From: Gemmatimonadaceae bacterium
GTDB taxonomy: Bacteria; Gemmatimonadota; Gemmatimonadetes; Gemmatimonadales; Gemmatimonadaceae
DNA length: 64,000 bases
NCBI GenBank assembly: GCA_013816855.1
Contig: JACDDT010000005.1
Location: 2,345 to 66,344 of the forward strand
Reading direction: 5' to 3'
Program-made: the position numbers and the translations under genes
The notes under the pieces: model-generated
Told to the model about the DNA's origin: nothing
What the model saw: only the letters and a program-made list of their open reading frames with translations
Databases searched by the model: none
Shown: piece by piece, positions 30,056 to 39,169 of the stretch
Layout of the letters: each line of letters starts with the position of its first letter
Numbering within the stretch: the first letter of the stretch is position 1

Positions 30056-30492
30056 ATGTCTGCTCGCGCCCAAACTTTCGAAAGTCACAAGAGATGGCTG
30101 GCCCCGTGGCATTTCGTTGTCATGCAGTGCTTCTCATCAACATTTTCGTGGTCGCGAAGCGCGCGGTCGCGGGACCGACGTTTACAACTGCGTGGGATGT
30201 CGTTGTTGCGATCGCCCTTCTCCTCGGGATGCTCCTTGCTCGTTCCATGTCGCTCACCGCACAAAACCGTGTCATTCGCGTGGAAGAGAAGGCCAGACTA
30301 GCCCGCTTGCTCCCACCCGACATGAACGGCGGGGAAAATGGCCTCTTGCTCGGACAATACGTCGGGCTGCGCTTTGCCCCGGATGATGAGATTCCCGATC
30401 TCGTGCGGCGCATTCACGCAGGCGAGCTGAAAAGCTCCGGCGACATCAAGCGCGCCATCAAGAATTGGCGAGCGGACACGTTAAGAGTTTGA
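30056..30492 (+). pseudogene. DUF6526-like membrane protein split by a 1-nt deletion near 30125 (pseudogene or assembly error)
   Basis: Frame 1 MSARAQTFESHKRWLAPWHFVVM with AGGA RBS joins frame 2 VLLINIF...NWRADTLRV if ATG CA GTG is read as ATG CCA GTG. Confidence 0.65.
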
Positions 30493-30542
30493 CACCGACG
30501 GCGACACCCGCCGCCAACAGCATTCAACCCGAGCGACGCTCT

Positions 30543-30800
30543 ATGTCAGAAGTGATAATCGAAGTGAAAAAGACGGGGGCATACCGCGTCATCGGTGACT
30601 TCAAGCTCGTCGATCACGAAGGCAACGAGATCCCTCTTCCCGCGAAGAGGCCCGGAAAGGATTGGGTCTCGCTCTGCCGCTGCGGTGCCTCGGTTACGAA
30701 ACCGTTTTGCGACGGAACGCACAGCAAGATCGGCTTTATGGTCGCCGCTGAAGTCCAGCAGCAGATCGATTCGGCGGAGGGCGTGAAGCCTCCGCAGTAA
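30543..30800 (+). CDS. CDGSH iron-sulfur domain protein
   Basis: CRCGASVTKPFCDGTH matches CxCx2Sx3PxCDG[ST]H; start ATG 30543. Confidence 0.9.
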   Translation: MSEVIIEVKKTGAYRVIGDFKLVDHEGNEIPLPAKRPGKDWVSLCRCGASVTKPFCDGTHSKIGFMVAAEVQQQIDSAEGVKPPQ

Positions 30801-30803
30801 TCG

Positions 30804-31226
30804 CTACTCGCCCATCGCCTTGATGAGAACGCGCTTCGGGCGCTGCCCGTCCCACTCTCCATAGAAAACACGCTGCCACGGTCCGAAGTCGAGGCTCCCG
30901 TTCGTAACCGGAACGATGACTTCGTGTCCGAGCGTAAGTGAGCGCAGATGCGCCGCCGCATTGTCTTCACCGGTGCCGCTGTTGTGCCGGTAATCGTCCG
31001 GACTCCACGGAGCGATACGGCTCTCGAGCCAATCGAGAATGTCCTTCCAAAGACCCGGCTCGTGATCGTTGACGAAGACCGACGCCGAGATGTGCATCGC
31101 TGAAACGAGCACCATACCTTCCGCAATACCGGCAGCAGCACGGCACTTTTCAACTTCGTCGGTGATGTCGATAATCTCCTGACGCTTCTTCGTATTGAAG
31201 GTCAAGTACGAAGTGTGACTTTTCAC
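30804..31226 (-). CDS. yjbQ: YjbQ/UPF0047 secondary thiamine-phosphate synthase-like protein
   Basis: IIDITDEV, HISASVFVND, DNAAAHLRS, LDFGPWQRVFYGEWDG. Confidence 0.9.
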   Translation of the reverse strand: MKSHTSYLTFNTKKRQEIIDITDEVEKCRAAAGIAEGMVLVSAMHISASVFVNDHEPGLWKDILDWLESRIAPWSPDDYRHNSGTGEDNAAAHLRSLTLGHEVIVPVTNGSLDFGPWQRVFYGEWDGQRPKRVLIKAMGE

Positions 31227-31735
31227 GCGGGTTGCGGACGCCGATCCTTAATGAGGGCGCCATGCCATGAATGTCCGACGTCAGTCTGAAACTGCGCGCG
31301 CCATTCCGCGAGTGTCGCAACCGTCGGATCGAACACAGTCGTCGCGTCGGTGATATCTCCTTTCGCGGCACGCTTCACAAAGTCCTCGCGATTCACCGAT
31401 TGAATCGCACCCGCATTATCCCGGTAAAAAATCATCCCGCTCGCGACGAGACTCGCGCCCACGCGGCCCTCGATCGATTTCAAAATTCGGAAGAGCCCGT
31501 CGATGGAGCAGCCTGAAGCTCCGGCTGTCGATTGGTCGACGGCAACGGTTAGGAACCTGTCGTCACGCCAGTTTCGGCCGACGGTGAGCGGCGAACCGTG
31601 CGCCTTCCATTGAGAAAGAAATTCGTCAACTGCGTTAAGCAGCTGCGATGACTGTGACCGTGAAAGACTGTGATCCGCGGCGAAAACCCAAGTGCGCGAC
31701 GTGTCTGGAAGACCTTCAAATGGTACGAGCGGCAT
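31223..31735 (-). CDS. Conserved hypothetical protein
   Basis: WKAHG, ASGCSIDGLF motifs seen in a conserved Bacteroidota/Gemmatimonadota family (recollection); GGAG RBS. Confidence 0.65.
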   Translation of the reverse strand: MPLVPFEGLPDTSRTWVFAADHSLSRSQSSQLLNAVDEFLSQWKAHGSPLTVGRNWRDDRFLTVAVDQSTAGASGCSIDGLFRILKSIEGRVGASLVASGMIFYRDNAGAIQSVNREDFVKRAAKGDITDATTVFDPTVATLAEWRAQFQTDVGHSWHGALIKDRRPQPA

Positions 31736-31790
31736 CGTTGCTCCGGTTTGTGGCGCTTACTCCTAAACCTAATCCGTCAGGTAGAACGCG

Positions 31791-32831
31791 TCAGTTGCAG
31801 ACAGGGCCAATGAGGAACCAGCATCGCGCGTAAGTAGAGCTCCGGAAAAAATCGAAAAGGATGCCGCCGACTTTTTCCTCTCCCTGCCGCGACGACCGGA
31901 GGCCCGTCGAATCAAAATCAGCGCGTACCCAGGACAACCCGTCCGCTCTCGGCTTCGCGCCATTCGCCCACAAGTATGGGCCCCAGGAAATCCAGGGCGC
32001 GCCGTTACCCGATAGTGCGACCGATCCTATATCGATATTCGGCGGCCGTCCGCGCGACTGATTGATCTGTGCCTCGATGGCCCATCTAACGACGAAGGCT
32101 GATTCATAAGACTGCGGCTCACCACCAGGATAAAAACCGCGGTAGCGTTTGCTCGAGAGAAAGAGGAGCCTGAGATTCGGGTAGCGTTCTTTGAGCGCGC
32201 GAATCGTTGAGCCGATATGCTGGAGGCCGGACGCCGCCTCAACCTGAGTAGCGGTTACAGAGAATTCAGCGGAGCTGTCGGTGAACGCCATCCAGATCAC
32301 CTGAACCTGTTTTTCGCTCAAGCCCAACGGAGCAAGGCGCGTATCGCGAATGCGATTGTAGTTGGCCGATTTGGACGATGACCACATGGCCGGGCCGATG
32401 TCACGTATCGCCCCGTTCACGATTACGAGGCTGCTGTGATTCACAGAAAGATCGGAGGTCGCCCGGCCGGCGAAGCTCCAGCTGTTGCACGGCGGCGCCG
32501 ACGAGATAGAGCACCACGCGGCGCTCACATCGCCTCCGCCCACGGACATCAACACATATCGTCCTGAAACGCTCGGCGTGCCGTTGACATCCAGCGGCTG
32601 AATTGCATTGCGGTGCGTGCGCCCAGTAGCATCGTGATCCGCGGGCTCGGTGTTCGAGCCCGAAAACAGTCCGCCACCGAGTCCCTTGTACGTGCGGGCT
32701 CCCATCTCGGCGAGCGGAATCGGAATAGTGTCGGCGCCGACGATGCGCGCGGGCACTGGAGGTGACACTGCCTTCGGCGCGCACGCAGCGAGCGCGAAGC
32801 AAGCGATTGTGAATGCGGAGATCTTTTTCAT
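31791..32831 (-). CDS. Hypothetical lipoprotein, SGNH-like fold with degenerate catalytic motifs
   Basis: Lipobox LAAC from ATG 32831 (TGATG-coupled to alkA); YPNLRLLFLSS, EPQSYES, WGPYLWA, DGLSW. Confidence 0.6.
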   Translation of the reverse strand: MKKISAFTIACFALAACAPKAVSPPVPARIVGADTIPIPLAEMGARTYKGLGGGLFSGSNTEPADHDATGRTHRNAIQPLDVNGTPSVSGRYVLMSVGGGDVSAAWCSISSAPPCNSWSFAGRATSDLSVNHSSLVIVNGAIRDIGPAMWSSSKSANYNRIRDTRLAPLGLSEKQVQVIWMAFTDSSAEFSVTATQVEAASGLQHIGSTIRALKERYPNLRLLFLSSKRYRGFYPGGEPQSYESAFVVRWAIEAQINQSRGRPPNIDIGSVALSGNGAPWISWGPYLWANGAKPRADGLSWVRADFDSTGLRSSRQGEEKVGGILFDFFRSSTYARCWFLIGPVCN

Positions 32832-33490
32832 CAACCCGTGTTCGATCGCGGCACTTTCGCCTTCGCCGGCTTGTCCACGTCGAGAAGGCGCCACAAATAC
32901 CACGAGGCGATTGTGCGATAAGGTGCCCACTTCGCGCCGACCTTTAGAACGCGCTTGGGCAGAGGATGCTTTCTCAGTTTGTATGCGAGCTTGATTCCCT
33001 TCTGAATTCCGAGATCGAGATCTGGTAAAACGTCCGGCCTGCCGAGCCGGAACATGAGGAACATCTGGGCCGTCCAGCGTCCGACACCTTTGACGGACGT
33101 GAGCGCGGCGATGATCTCATCATCAGTCAGTGCATCGAGCGAATCGATCGGGCAGTCGCCGCACTCGACACGCGTCGCGAGATCTTTTAGGTATCTTGTT
33201 TTCTGGCCGGAGAGGCCAACCGCACGCAGCTTGGCATCAGGAGTGCGAAGCAGCTCTTTCGGCTTCGGATCGCGCCCGCCGTACAGATCCTGGAGCCTGC
33301 GGTGAATGGTGCCGGCGGCCTGTCCCGATAGCTGCTGAAAAATTATCGCGCGCATCACCGCGTCGAAGTGGGTTCCCTCGGCGCGCGGCTCCAGCGCGCA
33401 CTTTCCGACCCGGTCAATCACCTCGGCCATCACCGGATCGACGTTCTTTAAATGATTGATTGCTTTTCGGTGATTCGGGGCTCGGGGCAT
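32831..33490 (-). CDS. alkA: DNA-3-methyladenine glycosylase II (HhH-GPD)
   Basis: IIFQQLS, GLSGQK, HhH SVKGVGRWTAQMFL, DVLPDLDLG, WAPYRTIASWYLW. Confidence 0.9.
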   Translation of the reverse strand: MPRAPNHRKAINHLKNVDPVMAEVIDRVGKCALEPRAEGTHFDAVMRAIIFQQLSGQAAGTIHRRLQDLYGGRDPKPKELLRTPDAKLRAVGLSGQKTRYLKDLATRVECGDCPIDSLDALTDDEIIAALTSVKGVGRWTAQMFLMFRLGRPDVLPDLDLGIQKGIKLAYKLRKHPLPKRVLKVGAKWAPYRTIASWYLWRLLDVDKPAKAKVPRSNTG

Positions 33491-33517
33491 ATCAGGAATC
33501 TACGTTATCCGTGGTGC

Positions 33518-33749
33518 TGAACTACAACTGAACGGGTGAGAGTTGTCAGAGAGCATAGTTCCCAGGTACGGGGCACTACTCGGAGACCGGTCGAGGCATG
33601 CGAGAGGGGAAACTGAACGACAGGTCGAGTAAGTAGTTCCTACCACCGGGCAACTTTCGTTACCGAGCACCCGCACCCGTTCAGTTGTAGTTCAAGATCC
33701 CGCCCCGTTGATTCACCGCCGCAAACCTGCACCCGTTCGGTTGTAGTTC
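33518..33749 (+). repeat. Structured palindromic element: 21-bp perfect inverted repeats (33518-33538 / 33674-33694) plus a third copy (33729-33749)
   Basis: TGAACTACAACTGAACGGGTG and its exact reverse complement; third copy 20/21 identical to the second; internal helices with G-U pairs. Confidence 0.85.
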
Positions 33750-33768
33750 TAAATCCTATATTAGGTAC

Positions 33769-35202
33769 ATGCCGCCGCCCCCCGGCCTCTCCCCCGAAGA
33801 GTTCCGCGCCCACGCCCACGATGTCGTCGATTGGATCGCCGATTATCTCGCTCAGCCCGGCAAATGGCCCGTCCTTCCGGATGTCCGTCCCGGCGAGACC
33901 ACTGCGAGGCTTCCCGCTTCGCCGCCGGCCAACGGCGAGAAGATGGAAACGATTCTCGCGGATTTCCGCGACATAATCGTGCCTGCCACGACGCACTGGA
34001 ATCATCCGGACTTTCTCGCGTACTTCGCGAATACCGGAACCGGCGAGGGCGTTATCGGAGAAATGCTCGCTGCCGCGCTGAACGTGAACGCGATGTTGTG
34101 GAAGACGGGCCCGGCGCAAACGGAGCTTGAAGCGCACACGCTCGATTGGCTCCGGCAAATGATGGGACTCGCGGCCGATTTTACGGGAACGATCACCGAC
34201 ACTGCATCATCGAGCACGCTTTACGCTCTCGCGGCAGCACGCGAAATGCGGCCTGAGCTTAGGCTGCGTGAAATGGGAATGTCTGGACGCGATCTTCCCC
34301 GCCTTCTCGTATACGCGTCGGAGGAAGCGCACTCCAGCATCGACAAAGCCGTAATGACCCTTGGCTTCGGCCGAGAAAGTCTTCGCAAGGTTCCGACGGA
34401 CTCCGACCTCGCAATGGATGCGTCCGCGCTGGAACGGATGATTTTCGAGGACAAAAAAAGCGGAGCGGTCCCGCTCGCCATCGTCGCTTGCGTGGGCACC
34501 ACCTCCACGACCGCGATCGATCCGGTACGTGCGATAGCGGAGATCGCGTCGCGGGAAAATATCTGGCTGCATGTGGATGCCGCGTACGGAGGGAGCGCCG
34601 CAATCCTTCCTGAGATGCAGTACATCCTCGACGGCTCCGACCGTGCCGACTCACTAGTCGTGAACCCGCACAAGTGGCTGCTTACGCCGATGGACTGCTC
34701 GGTGCTGTTCACGCGGCGCCCTGACTTATTGAAGCGCGCGTTTCAGATTGTCCCCGATATCCTCACAGTTACCGAGCCCGACTCGGTCGTCAATCTCATG
34801 GACTATGGCATCGCGCTCGGCAGACGCTTCCGCGCGCTCAAGCTCTGGATGGTGATCCGCTCGTATGGAGTCGAAGGGCTGGCGTCCGTAGTCCGGGAGC
34901 ACATACGCCTCGCCGCCGAGCTCGCGGCGGCCGTCGAGACCGCACCGGAATTCGAGCTCCTTGCAAGACCGAAGTTCTCCACCGTCGTCTTCCGGTCCAA
35001 TCGCGGAGGCACGCCCGCGGAGGTCAATGAACACAACCGCCGCGTCGTTGAGGCCGTGAATGCCACACGAAAGACATTCATCTCCCATACGACCGTACGC
35101 GGTATGTACGCCATCCGTATCGCTATCGGCAATCTGAATACGGGCGCGGAGAATGTCGAGCGGGCGTGGGACATCATCCGGAAAACCGCGTCCAAAATTT
35201 GA
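33769..35202 (+). CDS. PLP-dependent group II (aromatic amino acid-like) decarboxylase
   Basis: THWNHPDFLAYF, AHSSIDKA, WLHVDAAYGG, DSLVVNPHKW (PLP lysine), LGRRFRALKLW. Confidence 0.92.
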   Translation: MPPPPGLSPEEFRAHAHDVVDWIADYLAQPGKWPVLPDVRPGETTARLPASPPANGEKMETILADFRDIIVPATTHWNHPDFLAYFANTGTGEGVIGEMLAAALNVNAMLWKTGPAQTELEAHTLDWLRQMMGLAADFTGTITDTASSSTLYALAAAREMRPELRLREMGMSGRDLPRLLVYASEEAHSSIDKAVMTLGFGRESLRKVPTDSDLAMDASALERMIFEDKKSGAVPLAIVACVGTTSTTAIDPVRAIAEIASRENIWLHVDAAYGGSAAILPEMQYILDGSDRADSLVVNPHKWLLTPMDCSVLFTRRPDLLKRAFQIVPDILTVTEPDSVVNLMDYGIALGRRFRALKLWMVIRSYGVEGLASVVREHIRLAAELAAAVETAPEFELLARPKFSTVVFRSNRGGTPAEVNEHNRRVVEAVNATRKTFISHTTVRGMYAIRIAIGNLNTGAENVERAWDIIRKTASKI

Positions 35203-35285
35203 GTCGGAGCCGGAACGACTGGCCTGAAATGGTATATTAGAAGGACGTTCATTATCCACCACATTTCAAAATTGGCAGGAGCGGT

Positions 35286-36782
35286 TTGATGAATTTTCTC
35301 TCAATGCGGCGCATCACCGTTCTCGCGTCCCTCGTTGTCGCCATGCCGGCAGTGGCGCAAATGCCCGCCGGCTGCGATCCGATAGGCAGCGTTAGCGGTG
35401 CCATCGGCAAGGCCCAGTTCTCGATGCAGCGTGCAGTCTCCGCCGTGCAGGGCAATGCGAACGCGACGAAGGATCTTCAGGAAGTCGTGAAGGGACTCGC
35501 AGATCAGCAGACCGACAATCCGCTCGCGCGGAATTACATCCTCGGCGAAGCGTACATCTTGCTGCTGACGCAGCCGGGCATTTCGATCGAATCGCCACGC
35601 AGCGCGCTCGGATTTACCACTAACCCGACGGCGACGATCAATGTTTTCGCTGCAGCGGACTCGGCATTCAATGTTGTCGAGAAGCTGGCTCCTGCTTGCG
35701 TCCCGCTCACCAACCAGTGGCGCCAAAACAAATCGTGGATGAACTCGCTGAACGCGGCGTTCAATGCACTCAATGCCGGCAATCTCGATTCGGCGACGCT
35801 CTACGCGAACCGCGCGCTCCTCATCGAGCACCGGACGCCGTACGCCTACTCGGTACTTGGCTCCGCCGCAGCGCAGCGCAAGGATCTCACAACCGCGAAT
35901 CAGTACTGGGAAAAGGTGCTTGCCGCTGCAGGCACTGACAGCACCTACGCGGATGTTAAGCTACGGACCATGTTCGAAATGGCAGACGTGCTTTCATCCG
36001 CCGCCAGCCGTGCAACGGGCGTGGACAAAGCCCGCTCCGCAAAGCAGGCGATCGCTGCCTGGCAGTCGTATATGGGCGCGACCAACGACGACTATCGCGT
36101 CGCCGAGACTCTCGATCGACTTGTCACTCTCTACAAGGTTGCGGGTGACAGCATTTCGATTCCCACTATCTACGCTGCGATTCTTGCCAATCCCGGAAAA
36201 TACGGTGAAAACACGCTCATCCATGCCGGTGTCGCCGCCACTCGCGCCGGGAAGCCGCGCGACGCGATGATGCTTCTCGAGGCGGCGCGTCTCGCCAATC
36301 CGTACTCCCGTGACGCGCTGTACAACCTGGCACTCACTTACTTTGGGACGGACCAGCCCGCCAAGATGTTCCCGCTCGTCAAGGCGATCACCACCATGGA
36401 TCCGAGTAATCCCGAGAATCAATTGCTCAACGCGTTCGCCTATCAGTCGCTGTACAAAACCACGAAAGATGCGAAGCTGAAGAAGATTTACACGGACTCT
36501 CTCATTTACTTCAACAATCTGGCCGAGAACGGCCCAGTGAAGGTGACTATCACCGATTTCCTCCGCGGCGACAAGGAAACAACACTAGGTGGGACGATCG
36601 AGAACCGTTCTGCTACGCCAAAGAGCTTTTCGCTGGCGGTTGAATTCGTGGACAAGACGGGAGCAGTGGTAGGCTCGCAGGAGATTCCGGTCGGACCCGT
36701 TGCAGCGAAGTCCGCGCAGAAGTTCAAACTTACGATTCCGAAAGGTGGGGTTTACGGCTTCAGGTACAAACCCCTGATGTAA
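35286..36782 (+). CDS. Secreted TPR protein with C-terminal FxLYD-like domain
   Basis: Signal peptide ending AVAQ; TPR helices (DALYNLALTY); GTIENRS...VEFVDKTG; AGGAG RBS. Confidence 0.75.
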   Translation: MMNFLSMRRITVLASLVVAMPAVAQMPAGCDPIGSVSGAIGKAQFSMQRAVSAVQGNANATKDLQEVVKGLADQQTDNPLARNYILGEAYILLLTQPGISIESPRSALGFTTNPTATINVFAAADSAFNVVEKLAPACVPLTNQWRQNKSWMNSLNAAFNALNAGNLDSATLYANRALLIEHRTPYAYSVLGSAAAQRKDLTTANQYWEKVLAAAGTDSTYADVKLRTMFEMADVLSSAASRATGVDKARSAKQAIAAWQSYMGATNDDYRVAETLDRLVTLYKVAGDSISIPTIYAAILANPGKYGENTLIHAGVAATRAGKPRDAMMLLEAARLANPYSRDALYNLALTYFGTDQPAKMFPLVKAITTMDPSNPENQLLNAFAYQSLYKTTKDAKLKKIYTDSLIYFNNLAENGPVKVTITDFLRGDKETTLGGTIENRSATPKSFSLAVEFVDKTGAVVGSQEIPVGPVAAKSAQKFKLTIPKGGVYGFRYKPLM

Positions 36783-36988
36783 CGATGACTGCAAAACTGG
36801 AAACGTTCCGCGCTCCCCGCGGAAAACGTTTCCGGGTTTCCCGTTTATACAAAGGCCGTTCTATTGCGCCGAGTGCGCGTGGAACGGTCTTTCGTTTTCC
36901 AAACCGGCAACGGGCAACGTTCGTTACCGGGAACGCGGAACGTGTTCAGTTCGCAGTTCGCAGTTCGCAGTTCGCAGTTCGCAGTTCC
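36781..36988. repeat. Heptamer-rich palindromic intergenic element including (CAGTTCG)x5.9 at 36947-36987
   Basis: Tandem 7-mers read directly; three hairpins at 36799-36833, 36851-36892 and 36904-36930. Confidence 0.88.
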
Positions 36989-37002
36989 GTTGGCTGTCGC
37001 GG

Positions 37003-37464
37003 CTACGAGCTCCTCGGCAACATCATCGGATCCGCACGGACGCACTTTCCAATGATCCAGAACATCTCACCGTCAAACCAGAATATCGCGACCTGCTCGA
37101 ACTCCGTCGCCAGCTTCACCGCCTCATCCCTCGGCATCTTAACCGCCACGCTGCATTCACAATGCTCTCCGTCAGGCGAGCACGCGTCCACGCGCGTGAA
37201 GCTGTGCCCCATTTCTTTGAGCTGCGCTTCGAGCCGTCTCATCCGCGCGTCATTCTCTTCGCTCGGCAAATTTTCCCCACGCGGGTCGAACGCCGTCATC
37301 ACGCCGAACGGCTTACCCAGGCCAATCGAACGGAGCGCGGAAAGCTCCTGCGCGCCCAGCATCGCTCGAAGATCGATCGTCACTTTCGGCTCTGTCCCGA
37401 AATGCAGCACCGTTTCCGGGTACTTCGGCCAATCAGGGTCGTGCTGGTCCGGGGTTGATCTCAT
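37003..37464 (-). CDS. DUF3293-like protein
   Basis: FGVMTAFDPRGENLPSEEN...L, EQVAIFW pattern. Confidence 0.65.
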   Translation of the reverse strand: MRSTPDQHDPDWPKYPETVLHFGTEPKVTIDLRAMLGAQELSALRSIGLGKPFGVMTAFDPRGENLPSEENDARMRRLEAQLKEMGHSFTRVDACSPDGEHCECSVAVKMPRDEAVKLATEFEQVAIFWFDGEMFWIIGKCVRADPMMLPRSS

Positions 37465-37518
37465 GAGACAAATGTCGCCGCCCGTGCAGGTGGTACGCTA
37501 CTTGACCTTGAGGCCCAC

Positions 37519-38289
37519 ATGAAGAACAGCCAGATTTGGCCGGATCTCCTCTACATCGTGCGCCACGGGGAATCAGCGGGAAATGTCGCGCGCGACGCGG
37601 CGGTCCGTGCGGGACGGCCGATGATCGATCTAGCCACACGCGATGTCGACGTGCCGCTGTCGGAGCTGGGCGAAGAACAATCGCGTGCTCTCGGCGCCTG
37701 GTTCGCTGCGCTCGCTGCGGATGAGAGGCCGAACGTAATTCTCACTTCGTCGTATGTGCGCGCGAAGAATACTGCGGATCTTATCGTCGAACGGGCGGGA
37801 TTGCCGAAGGACAGCTATTCCCTCGTGGTCGATGAGCGACTCCGCGAGAAGGAATTCGGAATTCTCGACCGCCTCACCGGCCTCGGCATTCGCGAGCGTC
37901 ACCCGGAGCAGGCCGAATTCCGGCGGCTGCTTGGGAAGTTTTATCATCGTCCGCCCGGCGGAGAGAGCTGGTGCGACGTGATCCTTCGCTTGCGCAGCGC
38001 CGTGGAGATGATCTCGCGCGAATACTGCGGCCAGCGCGTCCTCATCGTTGGCCATTCGGTCGTCGTGCTCTGTCTTCGTTACTTGCTCGAGCACATGACC
38101 GAGGACGAGATCCTCGCCATCGATCGCGCTGAAGAAGTCGCCAACTGCTCGGTGACATTGTACCGCCACGATGCGTCGCTCGGACCGCGGGGAAATCTTG
38201 CGCTCGAGCTCTTCAACTTCGTGGCACCGCTCGAACAGGCTGGAGCGCCAGTCACATCGAAGCCAGACGCGAATGTGGCTGCGCGATAA
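37519..38289 (+). CDS. Histidine phosphatase family protein
   Basis: IVRHGES, TSSYVRAKNTA, DERLREKEFG, PPGGESW, LIVGHS. Confidence 0.9.
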   Translation: MKNSQIWPDLLYIVRHGESAGNVARDAAVRAGRPMIDLATRDVDVPLSELGEEQSRALGAWFAALAADERPNVILTSSYVRAKNTADLIVERAGLPKDSYSLVVDERLREKEFGILDRLTGLGIRERHPEQAEFRRLLGKFYHRPPGGESWCDVILRLRSAVEMISREYCGQRVLIVGHSVVVLCLRYLLEHMTEDEILAIDRAEEVANCSVTLYRHDASLGPRGNLALELFNFVAPLEQAGAPVTSKPDANVAAR

Positions 38290-39169
38290 AGTGCGGAGCA
38301 AAGTGCGAGTGATAAACGCGGCCCTCCTGCGGGAATGGCCGCTTCCCGAACCAGATTCAGAATCCGACAAAGATGACCGGGGCACCGTGCTAGTCGCAGG
38401 TGGCTCGTCCGAGGTTCCGGGAGGTCTGATACTATCTGGTCTCGCAGCGCTACGCGCCGGCGCGGGAAAGCTTCAGCTGGCGGGCCCGAAAGCGATCGCC
38501 GTTGGCGTGGGCGCCGTGGTACTCGAGGCGCGTGTGTTTCCGCTCAGCGAAACGAGCGGCGGCTCACCTGGAAAGGATGCGGGCAAGGAGCTGCGTGACA
38601 TCGCGGCCGCTGCCAATGCGGTGCTTATCGGTCCCGGAATGATCGACGAGAAATTGGCGGCCGATTTTACGAAGGCGTTCCTTCGCCGCGGTCCGAGCTG
38701 CAGCGTCGTAATAGACGCGGCGTGCATCGGGGGTCTCTCCGCCTCGAAGCGCCTCAGCGTGAATGCAGTGCTCACGCCGCATGCTGGCGAGATGGCTGCG
38801 CTCCTGAACACAAGGAAGCAAAAGGTCGAAAAAGCCCCTGAAGAATGCGCCGTTGCCGCTGCACGCGGCCTCGGCGCCGTAGTCGTAATGAAGGGCGCCA
38901 CGACTTTCATCGCTGCCGGCGACGATCTCTTCTCTTACAGCGACGGGCACGTCGGACTCGCGACGTCGGGATCAGGCGATGTCCTGTCGGGAATTATTGC
39001 AGGCCTGCTCGCCCGCGGAGCCCCGCCCGATCAGGCGGCGGTTTGGGGTGTCGCCATACACGGCGCAGCGGGAAATGCGCTCGCGACGAAAGTAGGCAAG
39101 ATCGGCTTTCTCGCACGGGAGCTACTCGATCATATTCCGCGCGCTATGCAGCGCGGAGTACTGCGCTAA
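38273..39169 (+). CDS. nnrD: ADP/ATP-dependent NAD(P)H-hydrate dehydratase, stand-alone YjeF C-terminal domain
   Basis: KDDRGTVLVAGGS, AALRAGAG, VIDA, VLTPHAGEM, VVMKG, ATSGSGDVLSG; start probably ATG 38273 or GTG 38291. Confidence 0.9.
   Translation: MWLRDKVRSKVRVINAALLREWPLPEPDSESDKDDRGTVLVAGGSSEVPGGLILSGLAALRAGAGKLQLAGPKAIAVGVGAVVLEARVFPLSETSGGSPGKDAGKELRDIAAAANAVLIGPGMIDEKLAADFTKAFLRRGPSCSVVIDAACIGGLSASKRLSVNAVLTPHAGEMAALLNTRKQKVEKAPEECAVAAARGLGAVVVMKGATTFIAAGDDLFSYSDGHVGLATSGSGDVLSGIIAGLLARGAPPDQAAVWGVAIHGAAGNALATKVGKIGFLARELLDHIPRAMQRGVLR

Noticed and set aside
33518-33749. Mini-CRISPR or 6S RNA
   Set aside because: Only three copies in mixed orientation with unequal spacing. The rod shape is 6S-like, but the loops are asymmetric and I cannot see the conserved 6S terminal motifs, so it is left unnamed.
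36785-37522. 245-aa ORF containing SSQFAVRSSQFAV
   Set aside because: Artefact of the heptamer repeat and antisense to the DUF3293-like gene.
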